A DNA stretch of 64,000 bases from Longimicrobiales bacterium (GCA_965243805.1 OZ251577.1:839344-903343); one strand, 5' to 3'; positions 20,187 to 30,244 are shown, counted from the stretch's first letter. Notes: generated by a model not told the origin, from the sequence alone. Made by a program: numbers and translations.

Positions 20187-20305
20187 TGTGTCCTCTTGAT
20201 ACAGGGTACGACGAACGGCGAACGCCGCTAACGAGCTGCGAAACGAGCACCGCCACCAACTCCCAAAGATACTTCCACCGTTCCTGTTGGGCTACCTTCT
20301 CCGCC

Positions 20306-20854
20306 ATGGACGCCAATGCCCCACTCGGAACCACCGCGCTGCTGGAGCGTCTGGACCAGCTGGGCGTGTCCCATCGGACTATTGACCACCCTGCGGTCTT
20401 CACCGTAGAGGAAGCCGCCCGCCTGCGGGGCCGGATCCCCGGAGCCCACTCCAAGAACCTCTTCGTGCGAGACAAGAAGGAGCGCCACTGGCTGGTCTCG
20501 TGCCTGGCCCGTCGGAAGGTGGACCTGAAGTGGCTGGCCGCGGGTCTCGGGACGAAGCGTCTCACGTTCTGCAGCAGGCGGCGGCTGGAGGGCTACTTGG
20601 GCATCCAGCCGGGGGCCGTGTCGCCGTTCGCGGTGATCAACGATATGGGCGGAGTGGTGCGGGTCGCGTTGGACGCCGAGCTGCTGGAGGCCGACCCCCT
20701 CAACTTTCACCCGCTGGACAACGCCAAGACCACAGCCGTGTCGCGGGCCGGGCTCATGCGGTTCCTAAAGGCGGAGAACCACGAGCCCCTGATCCTCCGC
20801 TTCCCCAGCCGGACGCAGGTCAGCGAAACGCGGGAACCACCTGCTCCAAGATGA
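20306..20854 (+). CDS. YbaK/ProX-family aminoacyl-tRNA editing deacylase (182 aa)
   Basis: The sequence MDANAPLG...HRTIDHPAVFTVEEA...GAHSKNLFVRDKK...GAVSPF matches the YbaK/ProX deacylase family. Confidence 0.7.
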   Translation: MDANAPLGTTALLERLDQLGVSHRTIDHPAVFTVEEAARLRGRIPGAHSKNLFVRDKKERHWLVSCLARRKVDLKWLAAGLGTKRLTFCSRRRLEGYLGIQPGAVSPFAVINDMGGVVRVALDAELLEADPLNFHPLDNAKTTAVSRAGLMRFLKAENHEPLILRFPSRTQVSETREPPAPR

Positions 20855-21974
20855 TCCTCAGCGTCTCTTGTTCGTAGTACCAGGCTTCGTCTCCGACCCC
20901 GTGCCAGTTGTTGGTGGCCGCAACCACCAAGTTGAGCCCCGGGACCACCACCAAGTACTGGCCGCCGTGCCCAGCGGCGAAGTAGAAGGACGCCCGAGAG
21001 CCCGGTCCCACCCACCAGAGGAAGCCGTAGGCCACATGCTCCAGTCCCCCCATGCGAAGCCGGTTGCCCGTGCCTGCAGTCGTGGAGAGGGCCACCCACC
21101 ATTCGGGCACGACTTGGCGGGCGCCGCTGGCCCCGCGCTGGAGAAAGAGCTGGCCGAAGCGGACCAAGTCCCTCGGGCGAAGGCGCAACCCCGACCCCGC
21201 GTTGTAGGAGGCAGGCCCCAGCGCCTCCCAGCGGCTCTCCGACACGCCGATGGGACCCAGCACCGCCTGCTGGGCCAAGTCGGGCAAGGGAGCCCCCATG
21301 GCCTCCTCCAGCACGATCCCCAGCAGATGGACAGCGGCCGAGTTGTAGTTGAACCGAGTTCCCGGCGGGTCCGCCAGCGGGGATTCCAGCAGGTACCGGA
21401 GGCGGTCCGGGGCCTCGATCCACTCCCTGTAGGAGCCGCCCGCCGCCGTCTCGTCCCAGGAGAACCCACTCGTCATCGTCAGCAGGTGGCGGACGGTGAT
21501 GCCGCCCTTCTCCGGCCCCAGATCGCCGGCCGAGAGGTCCAGGTAGCTCGACACGGGATCGTCCAGGCTTCCCAGGTCCCCCCGGCGAAGCGCGACTCCC
21601 GTCAGGGCGGACACCACGCTCTTGGCGACGGAGCGCACATCGTGGAGGCCGTCGGGGCGGCTCGTGCCGAAGTACTCCTCCAAGGCGAGGCGGCCGTCCT
21701 TCGCCACAAGCAGGCTCGTCATTCGGGGATTGGCCCAAGCTCGTCTCACAGCGTCTTCGACCATCTCCGGCGACCCGCCAGCTTCCTCCACGTCGGCGAC
21801 GACCCAGGGCGCGCTCAGCTCCACGCGAACCGGTTCGGGAACTCCCGGATCGAAGGGTCCGTCGCAACCGGCAGCCGCCAGTGGAACCACGACAGCCAGG
21901 GCGAGCGGGAGCCGAGTCCGAACGGTCCAACCTCCCCTTCCGTCGCTCCCGTTTCTTGGATGCTCTGGGGCCAA
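20820..21974 (-). CDS. Serine hydrolase of the beta-lactamase / PBP4* family, probable lipoprotein. The start codon is uncertain.
   Basis: The C-terminal 300 aa match class-C beta-lactamase-like hydrolases (...VRSVAKS..., FNYNSAAVHLLG...). The upstream in-frame segment ...RTRLPLALAVVVPLAAAGC looks like a lipobox, but I could not see a clean ATG or GTG start. A TTG at about 21974 is one option. Confidence 0.55.
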   Translation of the reverse strand: MAPEHPRNGSDGRGGWTVRTRLPLALAVVVPLAAAGCDGPFDPGVPEPVRVELSAPWVVADVEEAGGSPEMVEDAVRRAWANPRMTSLLVAKDGRLALEEYFGTSRPDGLHDVRSVAKSVVSALTGVALRRGDLGSLDDPVSSYLDLSAGDLGPEKGGITVRHLLTMTSGFSWDETAAGGSYREWIEAPDRLRYLLESPLADPPGTRFNYNSAAVHLLGIVLEEAMGAPLPDLAQQAVLGPIGVSESRWEALGPASYNAGSGLRLRPRDLVRFGQLFLQRGASGARQVVPEWWVALSTTAGTGNRLRMGGLEHVAYGFLWWVGPGSRASFYFAAGHGGQYLVVVPGLNLVVAATNNWHGVGDEAWYYEQETLRIILEQVVPAFR

Positions 21975-22039
21975 GTCGAGATTCTCCTTGACGAACGCCC
22001 TATGGCGTGGCACACTGGATCGTGTAATGTTACCTTCGG

Positions 22040-22147
22040 GAAAGAGGCCGACAAGAGGCCGACAAGAGGCCGACAAGAGGCCGACAAGAGGCCGACAAGA
22101 GGCCGACAAGAGGCCGACAAGAGGCCGACAAGAGGCCGATCCGAAAG
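22040..22147. repeat. Perfect tandem repeat, 11-bp unit (agaggccgaca) in about 9.7 copies, in the divergent intergenic region between the serine-hydrolase gene and the lipoprotein operon
   Basis: Contiguous identical units are read directly from the sequence. There are no spacers, so this is not a CRISPR array. Confidence 0.9.
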
Positions 22148-22187
22148 TCGGGCGGCGACAATCGGGCACTCGAACCAGGTGCGACAG

Positions 22188-22823
22188 ATGGACCGAGCCG
22201 GCTTGAGGCTGGCGGTGATGGCAGTCCTCACAGCGTGCACGGCTAGCCCAGACGGGGCGGCGCAGGTCGCCGATCCGGAAGAGCAGATGGCGCAGGCCCT
22301 TCTGGCCGCCCCCGCCGACAAGGCCGAGGGTGCCCGGTTGCTCGGCTGGACTACCGGCGGCGAGCTGGTGGAGTTGCGGCCCGGAACCACCGACATCACC
22401 TGTCACGCCTCCAACCCGGCCAACGAACGGTTCTCCACCTCCTGCTACCACAGTTCGCTGGAGCCCTACTTCGCACGGGGTCGGGAGCTGGATCGCGAGG
22501 GGGCGGCCTACGCCGACCGCTACCGCCTGCGGTTCGAGGAGATGGAGTCGGGGCAGCTCGCCATGCCGGCGTCGTTCGCAGTCCAGTACGTCTTCGACGG
22601 CACCTGGAACGCCGACACGAGGACGGGCGACGGCCAAGTCCGCTGGGTAATCTACGTCCCGGGTGCGACTGCCGAATCGACCGGGCTGTCGTCCGAGCCC
22701 CAGGAGAACGCTCCGTGGATCATGATGGAGGGCACCCCCGGCGCCCATGTCATGCCGCCCAGGGGGCGTGATCCCGGCCAGGGAGAGGATCCCGGCCAGG
22801 GAGAGGAGGGCGCTTCGAGATGA
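22188..22823 (+). CDS. Hypothetical lipoprotein (211 aa) with a C-terminal DPGQGE x2 repeat
   Basis: The lipoprotein signal is MDRAGLRLAVMAVLTAC. The 3' end contains an 18-bp tandem duplication. The stop overlaps the sugar-transferase start (ATGA). Confidence 0.5.
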   Translation: MDRAGLRLAVMAVLTACTASPDGAAQVADPEEQMAQALLAAPADKAEGARLLGWTTGGELVELRPGTTDITCHASNPANERFSTSCYHSSLEPYFARGRELDREGAAYADRYRLRFEEMESGQLAMPASFAVQYVFDGTWNADTRTGDGQVRWVIYVPGATAESTGLSSEPQENAPWIMMEGTPGAHVMPPRGRDPGQGEDPGQGEEGASR

Positions 22824-24298
22824 CGCGTCCCCAGGTCGTCCCCGACACCGCTCAATCAACCGACGCGGCTCGCGACAACATCTTCCATCCGCGACGGTCG
22901 TGGACCGAACGACCGAGCCTCAGGGGCACGCTGGGCCCAATCGGCAGGATCCGGCTCGCCGTCGCCACCCTGGCATTGGGCGACATCGCCGTCGGCGCAC
23001 TCGGCTTGGTCGTAGTGGCTTCGCTCCCCATCGTCGCGACGGACGGACTGGTCGTGGGGTTTACCGCGTTTTCGGTCTGCATGGTGCTAGGCCTGTACTT
23101 GGCGGGCGCATACAGCTCCGACGGCATAAGGGACGCCAAGAGCCTGACGATGAGCGTCTCCGCCGGACTGGGCCTCTCCGTACTCTTCGTCGCGGTGGTC
23201 GAGTTCGTCTGGCCGTCGTCCCTCTTGGGCAGGGAGGCGATCGCCTGGCTCTTCCTGGTCGTCGCGCCTCTGTTGTTCGCCTGGCGGTTTGCCGGGGTCG
23301 GTCGCACCCGAGTGCGCTTTGCGCCGAGCGCGGTGGCGATCGTCGGGAACGGAAGCGGCGCATACCGCTTGGGCAGTGTCCTGGCCGACTCGCCGTCCTT
23401 CTACTTGGCGACCACACTGGATCCGCTGTCCGCCAAGGCCATGCAGGTCGTGGAGCATGGCGGTCCGCCCGCCGCCGCCCCGGTCGCCGACATTCCGTTG
23501 ATCATGGCCCGCGCCGGAGTGAAGTTGATCGCCGTAGCCGACTCGGCCCCCGAGTACCAAGCCGCCCTTGTGCGGCAGCTGCGGCAGTGCAGAAGCACGG
23601 GCGTGGACGTTCAGGATGTGGCCACTTGCATCGAGATGCTCTCCCAGAAGGTTCCGGTTCGCGACCTGCAGAAGTGGCGCAAGCCCTCGATCAGCTTTCC
23701 GGGCTGGGAGCGAGCGTTCGACGACAAGCTGAAGCGCATCGGGGACGTGGGCCTGTCGCTGATCGCTATGGTCCTGGCGGCCCCGCTGATGCTCTTGGCC
23801 GCAGTGGCCGTACGGTGGAGCGACGGCGGCCCGGCGATGTACAAGCAGATTCGGGTAGGCAATCACGGCCGAAGGTACACGCTGTACAAGTTTCGCTCCA
23901 TGGAAGTGGACGCGGAGCGCAACGGAGCCGTCTGGGCGACGAAGGACGATCCCCGGGTGACGAAGGTGGGCCGGTTTCTGCGGAAGTTCCACTTGGACGA
24001 GCTGCCCCAGCTCTGGAACGTCTTCCGGGGCGACATGAGCTTGGTGGGACCGCGACCCGAGCGTCCCGAGTTCGTCGGCTGGCTGCGATTGTCGATTCCG
24101 CACTACGACGCCCGACACACCATCAGGCCGGGGATCACGGGCTGGGCCCAGATCCGCTACCCGTACGGCGCATCTGCCGCCGACGCCGAGTCGAAGCTGG
24201 AGTACGACCTCTACTACGTTCGCCACAGGAACATCCTCTGGGACCTTTACATCCTCTTCCAGACTGTGATGGTCGTGTTCCGGGGAAGGACCAGCTAG
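22820..24298 (+). CDS. Polyprenyl-phosphate sugar phosphotransferase (bacterial sugar transferase, WbaP/EpsB family), 492 aa
   Basis: It has N-terminal TM helices and the C-terminal catalytic domain motifs ...SLVGPRPERPEF... and GITGWAQI. Confidence 0.8.
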   Translation: MTRPQVVPDTAQSTDAARDNIFHPRRSWTERPSLRGTLGPIGRIRLAVATLALGDIAVGALGLVVVASLPIVATDGLVVGFTAFSVCMVLGLYLAGAYSSDGIRDAKSLTMSVSAGLGLSVLFVAVVEFVWPSSLLGREAIAWLFLVVAPLLFAWRFAGVGRTRVRFAPSAVAIVGNGSGAYRLGSVLADSPSFYLATTLDPLSAKAMQVVEHGGPPAAAPVADIPLIMARAGVKLIAVADSAPEYQAALVRQLRQCRSTGVDVQDVATCIEMLSQKVPVRDLQKWRKPSISFPGWERAFDDKLKRIGDVGLSLIAMVLAAPLMLLAAVAVRWSDGGPAMYKQIRVGNHGRRYTLYKFRSMEVDAERNGAVWATKDDPRVTKVGRFLRKFHLDELPQLWNVFRGDMSLVGPRPERPEFVGWLRLSIPHYDARHTIRPGITGWAQIRYPYGASAADAESKLEYDLYYVRHRNILWDLYILFQTVMVVFRGRTS

Positions 24299-24335
24299 CA
24301 GAGGCTCCCCGCAGGGAGCGCGAGGCGAACAGCAC

Positions 24336-25778
24336 GTGATCGGCGCCGTCGCCCTGCCGACCCTCGTCGTCGGCGTCATCGTTGTGCAGGTCGTCTTCGT
24401 GGTGTTCGTGCTGTTGCGGCCCCGAGTGCGCCAGCCTTCTTCACCTGCGTGGATCCTGGTCATTCTCGTGCTGCCGGTATTGGGCGTGGCACTCTACTTG
24501 GTCGTCGGCGAAGTCCGGGCTGGAAGCAAACGCAAGCAGCGGCACAGGACGATTCACGCCAGCATCGGAGCCGTTCTTCGCAAGGCCTGGGCAGTGGACC
24601 CGGAGCCCGCCGACGTGGAGGGGAGCATCCAGTCGGTTGCCAGACTGGCCCGGTTGGTGGGGGACACGCAGCCCCGTGGGGGGAACCGTCTGACGCTGCT
24701 GGCCGGCGCCGAAGAGTTCGTGGGCAGCTTGGTGCGAGATGTTGGCTCGGCGCGGGAGCATGTGCACCTCCTCTTCTACATCTACCTGGACGATGAGATG
24801 GGGCGCGCCGTGGGCGCTGCCCTGACCGCTGCCGCCGCCAAGGGCGTGGACTGCCGACTGCTGGTGGACAACGTGGGCTCCGCCGAGTTCCTCAAGTCCA
24901 AGTTGTGCAAAGAGCTGCGAGCGGGCGGCGTTCGCGTGGCGGCGGCGTTGCCTACGCGCATCACCCAAATCGCGTCGATCCGCTTCGACATGCGCAACCA
25001 CCGGAAGATCGCCGTCGTGGACGGCAAGGCGGGCTACACCGGAAGCCACAACTTGGCAGCGGAGGCGTTCCATCCCAAGCCCCGCTTCGCGCCGTGGATC
25101 GACGCCACCCTGCGGATCGAGGGGCCAGTCGTGCGCGACCTTCAGGCCCTCTTCGTGGAGGACTGGTACATGGACACGGGCGAGAGCTTGGAGGGGCTGA
25201 TCGCGATCTCGCCCCGCACCCACGCCCCAGGGACCGTGGTCCAGGTGGTGGGCAGCGGCGTCAACTCCCAGAACCAGGCGCTGGTGCGAGTCATCCAGTC
25301 GGCGGTCCACATGGCTCGGGAGGAGCTGGTCCTCACCACGCCCTACTTCGTGCCCGACGAAGGCACGGCCGCGGCCCTGACCACCGCCGCGATGCGGGGC
25401 GTGCGCACCGTGATCGTGGTCCCGGCACGGAACGACTCGCCGCTGATCGCCCTGGCCAGCCGCAGCTTCTACCAGCCCCTGCTGGACGCCGGCGTCGAGG
25501 TCCACGAGTTCACCAAGGGACTCCTCCACGCCAAGACGATGACCGTGGACCGAGAGTTCGCCATGGTGAGCACGGCCAACCTGGACCGCCGGAGCTTCGA
25601 CATCAACTTCGAGGTCTCCACTCTGGTGTACGACAGCGCCTTCGCGTCGGGCTTGCGCCAGCTGCAGACTGGGTACCTGGAGGAGTGCCGCGTCGTGGAC
25701 GCAGCGGCTTGGGCCTCGCGGAGTTGGCCGCGCCGCTTGGCTGAGAACGCGGCAGGGCTGGTAAGCCCGCTGCTGTGA
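24336..25778 (+). CDS. cls: Cardiolipin synthase (phospholipase D superfamily, two HKD motifs), 480 aa
   Basis: There are N-terminal TM helices. The two HKD motifs are HRKIAVVDGKAGYTGSHNL and HAKTMTVDREFAMVSTANLD. Confidence 0.8.
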   Translation: MIGAVALPTLVVGVIVVQVVFVVFVLLRPRVRQPSSPAWILVILVLPVLGVALYLVVGEVRAGSKRKQRHRTIHASIGAVLRKAWAVDPEPADVEGSIQSVARLARLVGDTQPRGGNRLTLLAGAEEFVGSLVRDVGSAREHVHLLFYIYLDDEMGRAVGAALTAAAAKGVDCRLLVDNVGSAEFLKSKLCKELRAGGVRVAAALPTRITQIASIRFDMRNHRKIAVVDGKAGYTGSHNLAAEAFHPKPRFAPWIDATLRIEGPVVRDLQALFVEDWYMDTGESLEGLIAISPRTHAPGTVVQVVGSGVNSQNQALVRVIQSAVHMAREELVLTTPYFVPDEGTAAALTTAAMRGVRTVIVVPARNDSPLIALASRSFYQPLLDAGVEVHEFTKGLLHAKTMTVDREFAMVSTANLDRRSFDINFEVSTLVYDSAFASGLRQLQTGYLEECRVVDAAAWASRSWPRRLAENAAGLVSPLL

Positions 25779-26854
25779 GCCTGCCGGACGAGGACGCTCC
25801 GTCCCGGGTGGCGGCGGAGTGGGCCCGTGGCCGGCCAGCACCGGCTGCGGCGGGGCGAGGTGTTGCCGCGGCGGGACGAGGGGCTGCCGCGGGGCGATGC
25901 ACTGCGCTTGTGGTGGGCGACCCCTCCGCCGAGCTGGCCCGTGCGCTGGAGGAGTCAGGAGTCGCGACAACCCGGTGGCGGCGGACGCTCTCGCCTGGGC
26001 AGTTGTGCACGCCGTGGCCTCCCGCTGGCCGGTTCCGGGAGGCTTGGGTGCGGATGCCGCGGGCGGGAGCGGAAGCGGCCATGCTCCTGCACGCGGCCGC
26101 TGCGCGAGTGGGCGACGGGGAGCCGGTCTTCCTCTTCGGCGCCGGCCGCGACGGCATCCGCGCCGCCGCCAAGCGCTTCCCGCCCGGAACGGCCCCGCCC
26201 CGCACCCTTCTCGTCAAGCGGCGATGCCGAGTGCTGTGCGCGGTCCGCCTCGCTCCGCCGCCCCGCCCAGACTGCTTGGCGGTGTGGGAGGTCTCCGGCG
26301 CCGTGGACTGGGGCGCGGGCAGGCGCGAGTGGACGTTCTACCCGGGAGTCTTCGCGTGCGGGCGGCTGGACTCGGCGACGGCCCTCCTCGCCCACGCGCT
26401 CGCAACCGGTCCCGCGCTGCCGAACGACTGCCGCATCCTGGACTTCGGGGCCGGCACCGGCGTTCTGGCCGCGGCGGCGATAGAAAAGGCGGGTCCCGGC
26501 GCGACGGCCCACCTGCTGGACCCGGACGCGATCTCGCTGGCGGCTGCGGCCCGCAACGTCCCCTCGGCAACACGGGTGCTGGGGAGCGGCGCCGATGCCG
26601 TGGATCGCCCTTTCGACCTCATCGTCTCCAACCCGCCGATCCACGAGGGCCGCCGTGAGAGCCTCCGCACCGTCGCTGAACTCGCGGCGGGCGCCCCGCG
26701 CTTGCTGTCACCGGGTGGGCGCCTTCTCCTGGTGGCCCTGCGGAAGCTGCCCGTCGGCGACGTGCTGCGCCGGCGCTTCAAGCGGGCCAAGACGGTGGCG
26801 GACGAAGGCGCGTTCCGGGTGTGGGAGGCGGCGGAAGGACGCGGTCAGCCGTAG
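25775..26854 (+). CDS. Class I SAM-dependent methyltransferase, RsmC/RlmG-like (rRNA m2G methyltransferase family), 359 aa
   Basis: The SAM-binding motif is ILDFGAGTGVLA and the catalytic motif is DLIVSNPPIHEG (NPPxH). The ATG overlaps the cls stop. Confidence 0.6.
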   Translation: MSLPDEDAPSRVAAEWARGRPAPAAAGRGVAAAGRGAAAGRCTALVVGDPSAELARALEESGVATTRWRRTLSPGQLCTPWPPAGRFREAWVRMPRAGAEAAMLLHAAAARVGDGEPVFLFGAGRDGIRAAAKRFPPGTAPPRTLLVKRRCRVLCAVRLAPPPRPDCLAVWEVSGAVDWGAGRREWTFYPGVFACGRLDSATALLAHALATGPALPNDCRILDFGAGTGVLAAAAIEKAGPGATAHLLDPDAISLAAAARNVPSATRVLGSGADAVDRPFDLIVSNPPIHEGRRESLRTVAELAAGAPRLLSPGGRLLLVALRKLPVGDVLRRRFKRAKTVADEGAFRVWEAAEGRGQP

Positions 26855-27636
26855 CGGCCCGCAATGTAGTCCGCCGTCTCCTTTCGGGCCGGAAGTCGGA
26901 AGACCTGCTCCGTCGCTCCGTGCTCCACGATCCGGCCCATCAGCATGAAGACGCACTCCTGGGAGACGCGGCGCGCCTGGGCCATGTTGTGAGTGACGAT
27001 CAGGATCGTGTAGTCTCCCGCCAACTCCTGAATCATCTCCTCCACGGCCTCCGTGCCTGCCGGATCGAGGGCGGAGCAGGGCTCGTCCATCAAGAGGACC
27101 TGCGGCTTCACGGGCAGGAGCCGGGCAATGCACAGCTTCTGCTGCTCTTCCAGCGAGAGGGCGGTCGCGGGCCGATCCAGCTGGTCCTTCACCGAATCCC
27201 ACAGCAGGACGCGACGCAACGCCGACTCCATCGCCTCTTCGTGCTCGCCTGCCGACGCCTTGCGCAACCGCGCCTCGTGGAGCCGGAAGCCGAAGAGCAC
27301 GTTCTCCCGGATGGAGATCGGCAACGGGTTGGGGCGCTGGAAGACCATCCCCACCTGCTTGCGCACCTGCACGATCTCCACGTCGTCGCCGAAGACGTCC
27401 TGCTGATGGACCCGCACACTGCCCGTGGTGCGCACGTAGTGCAGTCGCTCGTTGATGCGGTTGCAGGTGCGCAGAAGGGTCGTCTTGCCGCAACCGGAAG
27501 GTCCGATCATGGAGGTGACGATCCCCCGTCGCACGTCCAGGTCCACGTCGTGCAGGGCCTGGAAGTCGCCATACCACAGGTTCAGTCCACGAACCTCCAC
27601 CGCGAACTCGGACTGGCCCACGTTCGCGTCAGCCAA
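26845..27636 (-). CDS. pstB: Phosphate ABC transporter ATP-binding protein PstB (263 aa)
   Basis: Walker A (GPSGCGKTT), the signature LSLEEQQKL and Walker B (LLMDEP) are present. The C-terminal ...ADYIAGRYG is typical of PstB. Confidence 0.85.
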   Translation of the reverse strand: MADANVGQSEFAVEVRGLNLWYGDFQALHDVDLDVRRGIVTSMIGPSGCGKTTLLRTCNRINERLHYVRTTGSVRVHQQDVFGDDVEIVQVRKQVGMVFQRPNPLPISIRENVLFGFRLHEARLRKASAGEHEEAMESALRRVLLWDSVKDQLDRPATALSLEEQQKLCIARLLPVKPQVLLMDEPCSALDPAGTEAVEEMIQELAGDYTILIVTHNMAQARRVSQECVFMLMGRIVEHGATEQVFRLPARKETADYIAGRYG

Positions 27637-28456
27637 AGCGTCCCTCGATGTATCCTGTGGTGCGTTCGTCGCGGACCCGTCCCGCGAAGAGGTCCTCGGT
27701 CTTGCCCGTCTCCACTACCTCTCCCGTGAGAAAGAAGGCGGTTCGGTCGGCCAGGCGCCGGGCCTGCTGCACCAAGTTGGTCACCAGGACGATCGTGATC
27801 TCGGCGCGCAGCTCCTTCAGCACATCCTCGATGCGCATTGTGGTGACGGGGTCCACGGCAATGGAGAACTCGTCCAGCAGGAGAAGCTCCGGCTCCTGGG
27901 AGAGCGCGCGGGCGATCGTCAGCCGCTGCTGCTGGCCTCCCGAGAGAAGGCTGCCCAGCGACGCCAACCGGTCCTTCACTTCGTCCCAGAGGGCGGCCCG
28001 GGTCAGGCAGCGTTCCACCACCTCGTCCAGCTCGGCCTTCCGGCGCACGCCCCTCAGGCGCGGGGCGAAGGCCACGTTCTCGTAGATGCTCAGGGGCAAG
28101 CCGACGGGCAACGGAAAGACGACGCCGATGCGGCGACGGAGGGCGTAGAGGTTGCGTGCCTCGGCCACGTCCCGGCCGTTGATCTTGACGACGCCCTTCA
28201 CATCCATCGCCGGGTCGAATGCGTCCATGCGGTTCAGCACTCGCAGGAAGGACGTCTTGCCGCTGTTGGCGGGACCGATGATGCCGAAGATCTCGTTTCG
28301 GTACACCTCCAAGCTGGCGTCCCGGAGGGCGAGCTTGCCCCCGTAGGAGATCGTCAGGTCGCGCACCTCCACCACCGGCGGCTTGTCGTAGCGAGGACCC
28401 GTGTCGTAGCGGGGACCCGTGGCGGGTTCGGGGCCGCCCGCGGGGGAGGGACCCAT
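27629..28456 (-). CDS. pstB: Second PstB-like phosphate ABC transporter ATPase (275 aa)
   Basis: Walker A (GPANSGKTS), LSGGQQQRL and LLLLDEF are present. The C-terminal ...TGYIEGRFG is PstB-like. The start is set at the internal ATG, directly downstream of pstA. Confidence 0.8.
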   Translation of the reverse strand: MGPSPAGGPEPATGPRYDTGPRYDKPPVVEVRDLTISYGGKLALRDASLEVYRNEIFGIIGPANSGKTSFLRVLNRMDAFDPAMDVKGVVKINGRDVAEARNLYALRRRIGVVFPLPVGLPLSIYENVAFAPRLRGVRRKAELDEVVERCLTRAALWDEVKDRLASLGSLLSGGQQQRLTIARALSQEPELLLLDEFSIAVDPVTTMRIEDVLKELRAEITIVLVTNLVQQARRLADRTAFFLTGEVVETGKTEDLFAGRVRDERTTGYIEGRFG

Positions 28457-28458
28457 CG

Positions 28459-29325
28459 CTACCACTTCTTGAGCCCGCGCAAGTACACCCGAAACGCGAT
28501 GGAGACGGCGTTCATGAGCAGGACGATGGAGACCAGCACCAGCGCCACCCCGTAGGGGACGTTTTCGGCCACGCCCGACGTCTGGGTGGTGATCACGTAG
28601 AGGTGGAGCGACATGGCCATCGTCTCGTCCAGGACGCCGGAGGGGTAGTACAGAAGGAACGCCGCGGCGCCGGTGAACATGATCGGGGCCGTCTCGCCTG
28701 CGGTCCGGGACACTTCGAGGATGACGCCGGTCAGAATGCCGCTGATGGAGTTGGGCAACACGACCTTGCGGATCGTCTGCCAGCGGGTGGCGCCCATGTT
28801 CCAGCACGCTTCTCGAAACGCCCGGGGGACGGCTTGGAGGGACTCGCGGGTGGCCACGATCACCACGGGCAGGGTCATCACGGCCAGCGTCAGGCTCGCC
28901 GCCAGGATGCTGGTCCCCATGCCGAAAAAGAGCACGAAAGCGCCGACGCCGAAAAGGGCGTGAACGATCGACGGCACCCCGGCCAAGTTGACGATCGCCA
29001 GGTTGATGAGCCGAGTGAGGAGGTTGTCGGGGGCGTACTCGCTCAGGTAGAGCGCTGCCGCGACGCCGACGGGCACCGACGCCAGCAGCGCCACCACCAC
29101 CAGCCACACGGTGCCGACCAACGGGAAGGCGATCCCGCCCCCGCCGTCGCTGGAGGGCGGAGTGGTGAGGAACTCCCACGACAGCGCTGGGCCGCCCTTG
29201 ACGATCAGCGTGCCCAGGACGAGGAGCACGGGGATCACCAGGGTGACCGTCATGAAGAAGAAGACGGCCTTGGCCAGCGCTTCGGTGCGGTGGCTTCGCT
29301 CGCTCAGAGGAGTCGCGGCGAACAC
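28459..29325 (-). CDS. pstA: Phosphate ABC transporter permease PstA (288 aa)
   Basis: This is a six-TM permease with the EAA-like loop (...EACWNMGATRWQTIRKVVLP...). Confidence 0.85.
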   Translation of the reverse strand: MFAATPLSERSHRTEALAKAVFFFMTVTLVIPVLLVLGTLIVKGGPALSWEFLTTPPSSDGGGGIAFPLVGTVWLVVVALLASVPVGVAAALYLSEYAPDNLLTRLINLAIVNLAGVPSIVHALFGVGAFVLFFGMGTSILAASLTLAVMTLPVVIVATRESLQAVPRAFREACWNMGATRWQTIRKVVLPNSISGILTGVILEVSRTAGETAPIMFTGAAAFLLYYPSGVLDETMAMSLHLYVITTQTSGVAENVPYGVALVLVSIVLLMNAVSIAFRVYLRGLKKW

Positions 29326-29329
29326 GGCG

Positions 29330-30244
29330 CTACTTCCTGCGGATGCCTCGCACCGCCACGTCGGCGGTCAGGTTGACGACGAACGTCACGGCGAAGAGGA
29401 GGATGCCCAGGGTGAAGAGGGAGCCGTAGTGCTCCGAGCCGTAGGCGGTGTCGCCCAGCTCGGCGGCGATGGTGGCGGTCAGGGCGCGGACCGAGTCGAA
29501 GGGGCTCGTCGGCAGGTTGATGGCGTGGCCCGACGCCATCAGCACGGCCATCGTCTCGCCGAAGCCGCGGCCGACGCCCAGCAGCACGGCGGCCAGGAGC
29601 CCGTTGCGGCTGGCCGGGATCACGACCTTCCAGATCACCTCCCAGCGGGTGGCGCCCAGAGCCTCCGCCGCCTCTCGGTAGGTGTCGGGCACGGCCTTCA
29701 GGGCGTCCTCCGCGATCGTGGCCATGATCGGAGCGGCCATCAGTCCCAAGATGATCCCGGCGTTGAGGACGCCCAGCCCCAGGGGCACTCCGAAGAGGCC
29801 CTCGATCAGCGGCTTCATGATCGTGATGCCCACGAACCCCCAGACGACCGATGGGATCGCCGCCAGGAGCTCCACGATCACTTTCAGGGTCTCGCGGGTC
29901 TTGCCCGTGGCAAACTCGCCGATGTAGACGGCGGCACCCAGGGAGAGGGGCACCGACACGAGCATCGCCAGACCCGTTACGCTGGCGGTGCCTACGATCA
30001 GCGCGAGCGCACCGTACGTGGGGTTGCTGGAGGTGGGGCGCCAAGCGATGGAGGCAAAGAACTCGCCCACGCTCAGGGAGCCGAAGACGAAGTCCAGTCC
30101 TTCTTTGGCGACGAAGACGAAGATTCCGGCCACGAAGACGATCGCCGAGACGCCCCCGGCGAAGATGAGCAGTTGGGCGGCCCGATCCGAGTACCACGCA
30201 AAGTCCCGGCGGTCCATGGCGTCCAGGGACGCCGGTTGCTTCAT
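29330..30244 (-). CDS. pstC: Phosphate ABC transporter permease PstC (about 304 aa)
   Basis: This is a permease with ...EAAEALGATRWEVIWKVVIP.... The start is set at the internal ATG (MKQPASL), overlapping the pstS stop. Confidence 0.85.
   Translation of the reverse strand: MKQPASLDAMDRRDFAWYSDRAAQLLIFAGGVSAIVFVAGIFVFVAKEGLDFVFGSLSVGEFFASIAWRPTSSNPTYGALALIVGTASVTGLAMLVSVPLSLGAAVYIGEFATGKTRETLKVIVELLAAIPSVVWGFVGITIMKPLIEGLFGVPLGLGVLNAGIILGLMAAPIMATIAEDALKAVPDTYREAAEALGATRWEVIWKVVIPASRNGLLAAVLLGVGRGFGETMAVLMASGHAINLPTSPFDSVRALTATIAAELGDTAYGSEHYGSLFTLGILLFAVTFVVNLTADVAVRGIRRK

Noticed and set aside
22040-22147. CRISPR array
   Set aside because: The 11-bp units are contiguous with no spacers, and no cas genes are nearby. 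This is a simple tandem repeat.
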